Positions 47,485 through 56,427 of a stretch of 64,000 bases of DNA are shown here, one piece after another (position 1 is the first letter of the stretch; the number at the start of each line of letters is the position of its first letter). Source of the stretch: a virus. The position numbers and the translations under genes are program-made. The stretch is taken from the IMG/VR virus record IMGVR_UViG_3300037851_000538, positions 1-64,000 of that record; one strand, 5' to 3'. A model generated the notes under the pieces. The model was not told the DNA's origin and ran no database searches. It worked only from the letters and a program-made list of their open reading frames with translations.

Positions 47485-49320
47485 ATGCCGATCAGTAATT
47501 ACCTTATAGGGGGCGGGCTAGGTGCTCTAGGCGGGGCAGCCGGCGGTTATCTCTCTAGCAGTTCTGTAAGAAGTCCTTCAGACGTATGGGCCCCAACTGG
47601 GATTGGGGCTTTGACTGGAGCAGGAGTCGGTCTTTTAGGAGCTCGTCTCTCTAAGTCCAAGCTCGAGCAGATAGGGTCGGCGCTACGAGAATCCGTTAAT
47701 GAGGCTAGTTTTTCTAGGAGGCAATCGGCAGCTAATAGAGCTCATGCCGAAAAGGGGCAGCTTATAGTAGATGAGCTTCGTCCTAGTATTCTCAAACGTG
47801 AATCTAGCCTTCCGGTTTTGGAAGAAGGTCTCGCTAAGTTTGAGGACAGGCTAACTAACGCTCAGTTGGTGGGTTCTCCTAAAACCATAGCGAAGGCTAA
47901 AATAAACTATGACCTAGCCAAACAAGTCGTAGATAAAGAGAGGCGCCTGTTAAAAGAAGAACGAGACGAGGCGTTCCGTATTTCTAAAGGCGTACGGGGT
48001 CTTTTAGAAGAAGCCCGCAATCTTGATAAGGCGTACGAAGAAGCCAGACAGGCCACTGCTAAGAATCTTAAGTCTGATATCCTTACTCGCGTTCTGTACT
48101 CTGGAGTTCCGTCTGCCTTGTCCGGTTTTGCCGCCGGAAGTTTGGCTTCTCAGAAAGAAAAAGCTGCTGCTTTTACAGTAAACCCCTCTCTAAAGTCCAG
48201 ACTTCAAGGTATTTTGGACAAGGCGAGAACTCAGTTAGTTGAGACTTATAGAGGTCCAGGAACCGTGGCCGGTGCTACAATGGGCGCCACTACGGGCGCC
48301 TCCGCTGAAGGACTTTTTTCGGATGATAGTGGTTATCCCTATAAAGGACTTTTAGCTGGTGCTATCGGAGGGGCCATACTGGGAGGACCTGTTGGAAGGT
48401 ACGTTAGGGAGAGGGGCAATAAATGGCGTATCCAGCAAGAATTTGATCTGCTGTCTGGACAATACGGTCAGACTATGAAGAGACAATCCGAAGAAATAAG
48501 AGCCAGAGAAGCAGCCCTTGAGGCTGTTAAGAAGAAAAGGGAGGACCTTATAGCCCATTTAAATGATTTAAGCGCGAAGATTAAGGAAGAGAGCCCAGAC
48601 CCAGAGCTAGGCCCCCTTTTGAATCTAGAGCACGAACAGAAGAGTAGGCTCTTAAAAGGTTTAGATTCCAGTATTCGTAATGATATGGCAGATATTGAAA
48701 ATATTAGGCTTTCGCGTCAAAGAATGCAGTCTCAAGTTGATAGAGACATTGCAGAGCTCGAGAGTAAAGTATTCATTAACGAGGCTGTAGGGGGACTGGC
48801 TGCTGGTGCGGTTGGAGGTTCACTGGCAGGTGCCGCAGTGGCACCTAAGGAGAAGACGTCGGCCATGAAAGACTTGGCAATCTCTGCTGGCAAGGGCGCT
48901 TTGATGGGGTTGGGGGTAGCTGCCGGAGGGGCATTGGTCAACGCCGCTATTAGTAAGGCCAAAGACATACGCCAGGATATGAACAAGGCGACTTACTACA
49001 AGAATATGCTGGATGCGAATCCTACTTTACAGTCTGAGGATGTCAACCCGACGGAAGTTCAGCGACATTTCGACACCTTGTTCAAATTCAACCCAGAGTA
49101 CGCATCCGACCCGGTAGTTTCAGGATCGTATGTTCGCAACGCTTTGGACTACGCCCGTCCGAGTTTGGAAACGGTTAACAACATAGTCAACGCTCGAAGG
49201 AACATCGTTCAGACTAGACGGGATGAAGGGGGAGGGGGGTCTCCTAGACTTCAAGAAGCCGCCCTGAAAAATGTTATGTCAAACGCGCCAGAGTACGTTG
49301 AGATGATGGGCTGGAGCTGA
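47485..49320 (+). CDS. Three-module glycine-zipper/coiled-coil protein (ejection/internal protein candidate)
   Basis: GGGLGALGGAAGG, GAIGGAILGG, GGLAAGAVGGSLAG; modules separated by EKAAA and EKTSA. Confidence 0.65.
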   Translation: MPISNYLIGGGLGALGGAAGGYLSSSSVRSPSDVWAPTGIGALTGAGVGLLGARLSKSKLEQIGSALRESVNEASFSRRQSAANRAHAEKGQLIVDELRPSILKRESSLPVLEEGLAKFEDRLTNAQLVGSPKTIAKAKINYDLAKQVVDKERRLLKEERDEAFRISKGVRGLLEEARNLDKAYEEARQATAKNLKSDILTRVLYSGVPSALSGFAAGSLASQKEKAAAFTVNPSLKSRLQGILDKARTQLVETYRGPGTVAGATMGATTGASAEGLFSDDSGYPYKGLLAGAIGGAILGGPVGRYVRERGNKWRIQQEFDLLSGQYGQTMKRQSEEIRAREAALEAVKKKREDLIAHLNDLSAKIKEESPDPELGPLLNLEHEQKSRLLKGLDSSIRNDMADIENIRLSRQRMQSQVDRDIAELESKVFINEAVGGLAAGAVGGSLAGAAVAPKEKTSAMKDLAISAGKGALMGLGVAAGGALVNAAISKAKDIRQDMNKATYYKNMLDANPTLQSEDVNPTEVQRHFDTLFKFNPEYASDPVVSGSYVRNALDYARPSLETVNNIVNARRNIVQTRRDEGGGGSPRLQEAALKNVMSNAPEYVEMMGWS

Positions 49321-49323
49321 CCT

Positions 49324-52300
49324 ATGATTACCAAGCTAGCGACTTTTCGAGGGGTATCTACGGACGGGGAGCCCCTGGTAAGGGTCTTTCATCCCGGCGA
49401 CTCTATCAAAAAGGTTGCTGGCGTTTTGATGCCAGATGTTCAGAACTGGCTATCATCCTATAAAAAGCAAGACGGAAAGATAGCTGTTCTAGTCAACGCG
49501 ATGGGCGCTTCAGAGTACTGGGGTCAAAACATCAACGGCGACATATTCTACGAGTCGTCGTTGATCCACGACTGCCGTCGACACTCTAGCGTAGCTCATC
49601 CTATCGACGACTTTACCGGTAAGACCATTCCTCCTTACGGGTACTGGACCTTTTTGAACGCGTTGCCCTACGTTCACCATAAAAACAAGGACCCTAGCCG
49701 CGCCTTTGGAAAAGTCGTAGTGGCGTGCTGGAATCCTAAAATGCGTCGGGTAGAGATCGTGGTCATCTTAGACCGAGCTCTAGCCATGCAACATGGGGCA
49801 CAGGGCGTTATAGACAGGATAGACGCCGGAGAACACCCAGATGTTAGCATGGGATGCCTGCCTGCCGGTTCTCGTATTCTTATGGGGGACGGGTCTATTT
49901 CCGCTATAGAGTGCATTAGAGAAGGCGATTACGTCATTACGCACAGAGGGAGACCCAATAAGGTTACCTCTGTTATGCAGAGGAAGACCTCTGAGACTTT
50001 ATACAGCATAAAGGTGTATGGGTTCTCTAGGCCTCTGGAATTAACTGGAGAGCACCCCCTGTGGCTTGTTCGTGGTGATCAGTTAGAGTGCTCTCCGTCT
50101 CCTAAAAAAGCTAATTCCGGAAGGAAACAAAGACACTGCACTCCTTTCGTTAAGGAATCCTCGAAGGGGTGTGCTGGATGTCTTACGGTGCCCTCTTTTC
50201 AATTCCAGTGGACTCGGACAGACCAGGCTGAGGTTGGAGACTATTTAGCCTTTCCCATTCCTACCCAAGTGGTAGACACAGTTTCTTCAAAAGAAGAGGC
50301 CGAGTTTCTTGGGTACTACCTAGCCGAAGGGTTCGTCAAGAAATACAACTCTGAAAAAGAGCAGATTGTATTCTGCCTCGGTCTGGACGAGGTAGAGCTA
50401 TCTTTAAGAATTGAAAGCCTAGCTCGGCAATTAGGGTCTCTTGTAGTCTGGCATAACGAGGACCCCGAAGGCGGTGGAAGATACGTTAACGTGGTTAGTA
50501 AGCGGCTAGCAGACCGATGTATCGAGTTCTGCGGAAAAGGTGCTAAGTACAAAAGCCTTTCTTCTGACATCGTATATATGTCACCAGACCTTCAGCTTTC
50601 GTTCCTCGGAGCTTATTTGGACGGGGACGGCGGATCTTACAAAGGGTCTGCATATTTTTCTACGGCCTCTGAGGAGCTTGCCAATCAACTATTTGTGATT
50701 CTGTCTCGTTGCGGAATCATATCTTCAGTAAATAGAATTAGGCACTATCCGTCCAAAAACTCAGTCGTTCAGAAAGAAACTGTAGAGTACCAGGTGTGGG
50801 TAGGAACGGACTTTGCCCACCTGCTCGCTCCTTATACTAGAAAGCCTGTAGGTAAGTCTCTTAAGATTAGGGGCCAGAGATTTTTCTACGAGGACGACTC
50901 TGGTCGGTACATCCTGTCTCCTATTTTAGAGATCAAAGAAGACCCAGACTACGATAACTACGTTTACAATTTCTCTGTAGAGGAAGATGAAAGCTATGTC
51001 GCTGAGGGTCTGGCCGTGCACAATTGCCGGGTTCCGTACGACCGTTGTTCTCTTTGCAACAAGAAGAGCAAGACTAGGAACGACTACTGCTCTTGCCTTA
51101 AAGAGGTGGGAGTCAACAAGATTCTAGATGATGGTCGTCAGATCGGAATGATCAACGACTACCCACGCTTCTTTGACATCAGCTTCGTCTTTATCGGGGC
51201 GGATAAGACGGCGAAGATGATGTGCAAGCTGGGGTCCGCGTCTTCTAACATCCCCCAATCGGTGTTGGATGCGGAGTACATTTATGGAGAGTCAGACGAG
51301 TTAGTTAAAGCAGCTTCAAGTTTGGATAAAGAGAAAGATGCAGACTACGACCTGCTTAAGAGGGTTTTTACGGGAGCCGCTATTGGTGCTTTAGGGGGGG
51401 CTGGTTATCACGCTCTTAAAGGACCGGTTTCAGCAAACATCCCACTGGTAACTAGGAGCCAGGCTTTGGACAACAAGGGGATTGACCCAGTTTTTGAGGC
51501 TGGCAAACGTCTAACGGAAGATTCTCCTCGTCAGGCAGCCGTATCTCGATCTTCTAAGGCATGGCGGAGGGGTAAAAATATACCTATTTCTGGGATGGAC
51601 GTTAGGGTTTATAGAGGGCAGTTCGTAGCAGAGGTGTCTCCCGATGGACGAGTAGATGTAGCAGGGAGAAAAGCCCCTGTTGTCGTAGAGGGATCTTTGC
51701 CTAAAGGGTGGACGCCTGAATCTTTGAAAACAAAAATCCAAAAGCACGTAGATGAGCACCTGTTCCAGATAGGCGACTCTGGGAGCCCCGTAAAAACTTC
51801 TGCAGGAAGTATGGCCTTAGTGAAAGAGGCTTACGAGTCGCAGGACTATTCAAGACGCGGGGGCAAGATATACTCCGACATTGTCACCAATCGCCCCGAC
51901 ATTGCTGAAGGCTGGAAGTCTAGAGGATTAAATCCGAAATGGTCTGAAGAGGGTTATTGGGAGGTTTCTGAAGAGGTAACAGACCCCCAAGAGCTTCAAA
52001 GCGCTAGTAAGTATGTTTCCGAGATGGAAAGACTCTCTAAGCGCATGTTTAGGGGCTACAACATCGCGGGTTCAACTGCCGCGGGGGCCACCATGGGTGG
52101 TCTTCTAGGGGCCGCCGCGTCTCGTAAGAAACCAATTATCGCTGCGGGGGCGGCATTGGGGGCCGTGGGTGGTGGTCTTCTAGGGAACAAACTTGCTGAA
52201 GCTAATGACCCGGACATTGCTCTTCGTGACTTGGTCAGAAAAGGCCCACCCATAAAGCTCTACGTAGGGAAAAACGATACGCAAGATACTCCCGGACGTT

Positions 52301-55300
52301 CTTTAGTGGGGGACGGACTTCTACGCACCAACGCCGCTCAAGATGAGAGGGATACGTTTCCACAGCCGTTGACCCCCAGCAAAGGCAAGACAGCTTCCCC
52401 CTACGACTACGTTTTGTGGATGAAGCGGAAGACTGCGGCAGACGTTCTTGCTGGTGGTAAAGCAGACGGAAAACCCGCGTCTGATTTTTCCCAGTCTCAG
52501 CTTGAGATGGGAGCCAAGGTAGAAAAAGAGCATACCCATAGCGGTGAGCTAGCTGAAGAGATTGCTCGAGACCATCTGGAAGAGATTCCGGACTACTACA
52601 CCCGTCTTAAGAAGATGGAAGAGCGAGCTAAGAGCGAGGGTAAGTTAAAAGAAGCTTCTTTTCGATTTCCCGGGCCCACCCTTTCTGAAGAACTATTTAA
52701 CGAGGCTGTTCTTAAAAGAGCTTTGATTGGTGGGGCTCTGGGTGGAGCTGGAGGTGCCGCAGCTGACTCGGATAACAGATTAAGGGGCGGTCTTATAGGG
52801 GCGGGTTCTGGAGCAACTCTGGGAGTTTTGGGTGGAAGAGTTGCTAGAGACATTTCTAAGAAAAACATACTGAAACAGTTCAAAGATCAGCATCGTAAGT
52901 GGCAGGAGGCTCGTGTTTCTCTACGTGATCTAGACAATGAATCTGGTCGTCTTCGTCTTATGGGTAAAGAAATAAAGAACCGCCCATTTGATGCGAAAGC
53001 GTATGACGATCTTAACGCGGCATACAACAGACTTGGCGAGGAAAGAAGTGCCAGGAATCGAGCATATTTGGCTTCTAGACCCGATCCTCTATTAAGATAC
53101 AACTGGCACCAAAAAAGTCATCCAGAGTGGGGAACCCTAAAAGAAGATTATATTGGAGGGCTGGCTGGTGGAGTTTTAGGGGCAGGCACCGCGGGAGTCG
53201 TTGGGGGGGTATCTCCTTCTGAGAAAACTGCCGCTGTTGTAGATAAAGTTATCCTTACAAGCACGCCAGATAAGGTAAAAAAGCTAGTTGATGTTCTTTA
53301 CCGCATGGAAGGGGTACGCCCACCCAGTTTGTCCTCTAGAAATTATACTCCAGAAAAGACTAGAGAGATTATTAAGAGCTTGAGAAGTTTAAGAAACTCT
53401 CAAGCCATAAATCCTGTTCCTCGCGGTTCAGATTTATGGCGTAGAGCCATGAGGGATATAAAAGAGTCCCGTTTCACAGACTTGGAATCTGGAATAAGCA
53501 GTTCTCAGGCTCCTAGCATTTTGAAGTACGGCCCCTCGTCTTCTATAGGAATTCCATCAGAAAATATGCCTGAAATCCGTAAGGCCATATCCAAATCTTT
53601 AGACTCTGCTAGTGAAGGTTCTTTGAGAAAATCAACGCACGGGATTTATAGCGCTCGTAAAGGAACTGACCGAACCAAGATGGACTATGCCTCGAGGGCC
53701 GCAGAAATAACAAACAGCCGCCCGGAGGTCCTTAGTTTTTCTTTACCTCAGTCCCTGGCGATCCCTAATAGCCCTGAGGAATATCGAGTACCCCACTCCG
53801 TATTTAGACAGTGGGCTAGAAATACAAAAGTGGCATCTGAGAAAACTGCTTCAGGTTCTCTACAAAAGGTCTTTTCAGATGCCGCCTCTATTGAAATAGG
53901 ACCTCCCCCAACTCCTAATCGTAAAGAGTTCCCGTTTGTCGGCACGATCAACTTCAACGGACTGACCATACATATAGAAAACGCTCCTGGGGACGTTAGG
54001 GAGGGCACTGACCCTAGAGGCAAAAAATGGCGTACGGAGATGAAACTCCCTTACGGGGAGATTAACGGTACTCTTGGTGTGGACCAGGACAAGCTAGACG
54101 CCTATGTTGGTCCGTATGAGGATGCCGACAATGTTTACATCATTCACCAGAACAAGGTGACTGGTGAAGACAAGGGCACGTACGATGAAGACAAGGTCAT
54201 GCTTGGATTCAAAGATGCTGAACAGGCTAAAGACGCGTACCTAGCTCATTACAATCGACCCGACTATTTTAGGTCTATGACGGTCATGTCTTTAGACCTA
54301 TTCAAGAAGGCTCTTAGGACTAAAGAAGTGCATGGGGAAAAGGTAGCGTCAGCTTATTCCCACATGATGGAAAAGGTTGCTCTTGATATTCGACTGGAAG
54401 ACCTGTTCGTAAATAGCGGAACGGATTCTAGAAGGGTTCGCGTCTGGAAAGACAAAGAGTCTGGTAAGGAAACCGTAAAAGTCGATTCCGGCATGGGGTC
54501 TTTCGATAAAACAAAGACGGCTTCAGCTCCTCGTAAGATAGCAGCTCAGTTAAAGAGCGCGGACATAGAGAAGGAGATTCCTCCGTACAAAGCGGTTGGT
54601 CGTGCTTCTGCCCTATCTAGGTCTGAGGAAGATCTTCCTCCAGATGTTTTAGACTCCGTGGCGTCATCTGGAGTGGAGAGGGCTTTAGCTACTCCTTCTC
54701 TTATGGGCATGGTTTTGAAGCCCGAAGAATTCCAGAGGATGGTGCTCGTATGCAACGGTCACAAGGGGTTGGCCGATGATCTAGACTCCCGCGGAGCAGT
54801 GTTTGGCCCTACTGAGGGGGAAGAGCCTCTTACTAGAACTTTGTCCGATTCAGACTTTTCCGATGAGGTTCTTAGGAAGCTTTTGCCCTATCTAGAAAAC
54901 CGGTCCTACTTCGGTCCTGTGGTTCGCAGGAGGGTTATACGAATTATCGTAAGGGACCCTAAGCCTGTGGAGACCCAAAGAACAGAAGAAACCTCTCCTC
55001 TTCTATCTAAGATTGGTGCTGCCTACAATTGGTACCGCAAGGAGCAAGTTAAGTTAGCTTCTGCTGCTGACCGGGTCATTAGGGATAAATCAGACCTCGG
55101 CAGAGCTATTTTGGGAGTAACTGACGTGGACTTGTTTAAAGGCGCTTCTCATTACGTTTCAGTAGACCCTAAGCTCCTGGGCGTGATGGTGGGTAGTGTT
55201 CCTTTGTCTTTGATGTACTCTGCACACTTGAGGGATGCGCGAGAGGGTGGCCAAGACCTTCCTTTGTGGAAGGACTTGATAGCGGACCATCCGGTATTGT

Positions 55301-55419
55301 CCACGATTGGTTCTTTGGCTGCTTTAAGAAAGGTTCTTCAGACTCCGCAAGGAAGGCAGGCGGTGGAGGAGATCTTTTCTGCTGGAAAGAGGATCTGGAC
55401 GGGGAAGTCCAGTGAATAG
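49324..55419 (+). CDS. Prohead (capsid maturation) protease polyprotein with intein and multiple cargo domains
   Basis: NINGDIF, YVHHKN (His), DVSMG|C (Ser), CSLC..YCSC, FFDISFV..GAD; then Gly-zipper modules, DUF5661-like GAKVEKEHT..IARDHLEEIPDYY and PPase-like GLTIHIEN...YG.I.GT.G.D.D.LD...DEDKVMLGF. Confidence 0.8.
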   Translation: MITKLATFRGVSTDGEPLVRVFHPGDSIKKVAGVLMPDVQNWLSSYKKQDGKIAVLVNAMGASEYWGQNINGDIFYESSLIHDCRRHSSVAHPIDDFTGKTIPPYGYWTFLNALPYVHHKNKDPSRAFGKVVVACWNPKMRRVEIVVILDRALAMQHGAQGVIDRIDAGEHPDVSMGCLPAGSRILMGDGSISAIECIREGDYVITHRGRPNKVTSVMQRKTSETLYSIKVYGFSRPLELTGEHPLWLVRGDQLECSPSPKKANSGRKQRHCTPFVKESSKGCAGCLTVPSFQFQWTRTDQAEVGDYLAFPIPTQVVDTVSSKEEAEFLGYYLAEGFVKKYNSEKEQIVFCLGLDEVELSLRIESLARQLGSLVVWHNEDPEGGGRYVNVVSKRLADRCIEFCGKGAKYKSLSSDIVYMSPDLQLSFLGAYLDGDGGSYKGSAYFSTASEELANQLFVILSRCGIISSVNRIRHYPSKNSVVQKETVEYQVWVGTDFAHLLAPYTRKPVGKSLKIRGQRFFYEDDSGRYILSPILEIKEDPDYDNYVYNFSVEEDESYVAEGLAVHNCRVPYDRCSLCNKKSKTRNDYCSCLKEVGVNKILDDGRQIGMINDYPRFFDISFVFIGADKTAKMMCKLGSASSNIPQSVLDAEYIYGESDELVKAASSLDKEKDADYDLLKRVFTGAAIGALGGAGYHALKGPVSANIPLVTRSQALDNKGIDPVFEAGKRLTEDSPRQAAVSRSSKAWRRGKNIPISGMDVRVYRGQFVAEVSPDGRVDVAGRKAPVVVEGSLPKGWTPESLKTKIQKHVDEHLFQIGDSGSPVKTSAGSMALVKEAYESQDYSRRGGKIYSDIVTNRPDIAEGWKSRGLNPKWSEEGYWEVSEEVTDPQELQSASKYVSEMERLSKRMFRGYNIAGSTAAGATMGGLLGAAASRKKPIIAAGAALGAVGGGLLGNKLAEANDPDIALRDLVRKGPPIKLYVGKNDTQDTPGRSLVGDGLLRTNAAQDERDTFPQPLTPSKGKTASPYDYVLWMKRKTAADVLAGGKADGKPASDFSQSQLEMGAKVEKEHTHSGELAEEIARDHLEEIPDYYTRLKKMEERAKSEGKLKEASFRFPGPTLSEELFNEAVLKRALIGGALGGAGGAAADSDNRLRGGLIGAGSGATLGVLGGRVARDISKKNILKQFKDQHRKWQEARVSLRDLDNESGRLRLMGKEIKNRPFDAKAYDDLNAAYNRLGEERSARNRAYLASRPDPLLRYNWHQKSHPEWGTLKEDYIGGLAGGVLGAGTAGVVGGVSPSEKTAAVVDKVILTSTPDKVKKLVDVLYRMEGVRPPSLSSRNYTPEKTREIIKSLRSLRNSQAINPVPRGSDLWRRAMRDIKESRFTDLESGISSSQAPSILKYGPSSSIGIPSENMPEIRKAISKSLDSASEGSLRKSTHGIYSARKGTDRTKMDYASRAAEITNSRPEVLSFSLPQSLAIPNSPEEYRVPHSVFRQWARNTKVASEKTASGSLQKVFSDAASIEIGPPPTPNRKEFPFVGTINFNGLTIHIENAPGDVREGTDPRGKKWRTEMKLPYGEINGTLGVDQDKLDAYVGPYEDADNVYIIHQNKVTGEDKGTYDEDKVMLGFKDAEQAKDAYLAHYNRPDYFRSMTVMSLDLFKKALRTKEVHGEKVASAYSHMMEKVALDIRLEDLFVNSGTDSRRVRVWKDKESGKETVKVDSGMGSFDKTKTASAPRKIAAQLKSADIEKEIPPYKAVGRASALSRSEEDLPPDVLDSVASSGVERALATPSLMGMVLKPEEFQRMVLVCNGHKGLADDLDSRGAVFGPTEGEEPLTRTLSDSDFSDEVLRKLLPYLENRSYFGPVVRRRVIRIIVRDPKPVETQRTEETSPLLSKIGAAYNWYRKEQVKLASAADRVIRDKSDLGRAILGVTDVDLFKGASHYVSVDPKLLGVMVGSVPLSLMYSAHLRDAREGGQDLPLWKDLIADHPVLSTIGSLAALRKVLQTPQGRQAVEEIFSAGKRIWTGKSSE
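49855..51024 (+). mobile_element. Intein (390 aa) with LAGLIDADG homing endonuclease in the prohead protease
   Basis: CLPAGSRILMGDG start, LTGEHPLW block B, FLGYYLAEG and FLGAYLDGDG, VYNFSVEEDESYVAEGLAVHN|C. Confidence 0.95.
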
Positions 55420-55501
55420 TAACTCGGCATTAGAGGAACGTCATCCTTGAGAGAGTGCCGATTGGGTTTTTAGGTGACAACGTTTTCTTGAGGAGACAAC
55501 C

Positions 55502-56128
55502 ATGAACTCTTTTTTGGCGAATCTTTACGGTACTGGTCAGGACATCGGCACTAACGCTGAGGTTGAGAAGCTCGCAGAGGCTCAGGTGATTGACGAGCAG
55601 CTTCGGAGTGAGGGCATCGACGTCAATAGCCTCAGCGGCGAGGACATCTTGAAGTGCGCCTACGCCCTTTTTGGCGACGAGAGTGCTCTCGTCAAGTCGG
55701 CTCAAGAAGAGGGCGAAGAGGAAGAAGAGGGCGAGGAGTCAGAAGAGAAGGAAGAGAGCGCCGAGGAGAAGGTGGCTGAGGCGGACTTCCTTGGTCGTGT
55801 GATGGCTCACGCCTACTATCAAGAGAAGAACCTGATCGAGAAGCAGGCTGGCATCAAGGATTCCTTAAAGAGCATCCCTGGGCACATAAAGAGCCTTCCG
55901 GGGAAGTTGGGGGATAAGGCCCGAAGAATGCGCATGTCTCATCAGGATGCTTGGTTGGAGAGCCAGGCCTTGGGGTCAGGGCGTCTTAAGGCTCACATGA
56001 AGGGTTTAGCTAACGTAGCGAAGGAACATCCGAAGACCGTGGCAGGTCTTGCGGGAGGAGCGGCATTGGCAGGGGGCGGTGGGTACGCTGTTAGCCGGAA
56101 GAAGAAGAAGAACACTCAGCAGAGCTAG
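55502..56128 (+). CDS. Acidic head-module protein with basic C-terminal cargo after EKQAG
   Basis: GAGGAG RBS; EKLAE, VKSAQ, EKVAE, DFLGRVMAHAYYQE..EKQAG; Gly-rich C-terminal helix. Confidence 0.7.
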   Translation: MNSFLANLYGTGQDIGTNAEVEKLAEAQVIDEQLRSEGIDVNSLSGEDILKCAYALFGDESALVKSAQEEGEEEEEGEESEEKEESAEEKVAEADFLGRVMAHAYYQEKNLIEKQAGIKDSLKSIPGHIKSLPGKLGDKARRMRMSHQDAWLESQALGSGRLKAHMKGLANVAKEHPKTVAGLAGGAALAGGGGYAVSRKKKKNTQQS

Positions 56129-56130
56129 TC

Positions 56131-56415
56131 ATGATCAAGACGCTGGCTTCTTTCATAGACGAGCTGCAAAAGATTTCGGCAGCTACCAACGTGGCTTCGG
56201 TAATGTCCGGGTCATTAGGTAGGGCCAAGTCTGTGCAGAACGTGATGGGGAAGCCAGCGTTCTCTAAGCCCAACGTACAAACCATGCGCTTTGGGTCTAG
56301 GGATATGACCGCGAAGCCCACTAACTATTCGATTGTTAACACTGAAGCGCCAACGGCGGCGTATGATGCGGCAGCTACGAGTAAATCGGTGCCACCGCCG
56401 CCTGTGAGAACGTAA
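56131..56415 (+). CDS. Small internal-head candidate with SFIDELQKISA leader
   Basis: Leader matches those of 23469 and 63162. Confidence 0.6.
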   Translation: MIKTLASFIDELQKISAATNVASVMSGSLGRAKSVQNVMGKPAFSKPNVQTMRFGSRDMTAKPTNYSIVNTEAPTAAYDAAATSKSVPPPPVRT

Positions 56416-56427
56416 GGAGACCGAGCC

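Noticed and set aside
52096-52185. 15-nt direct repeat GGTGGTCTTCTAGGG (52096-52110, 52171-52185)
   Set aside because: Encodes the repeated GGLLG glycine zipper; only two copies, so not an array or att site.
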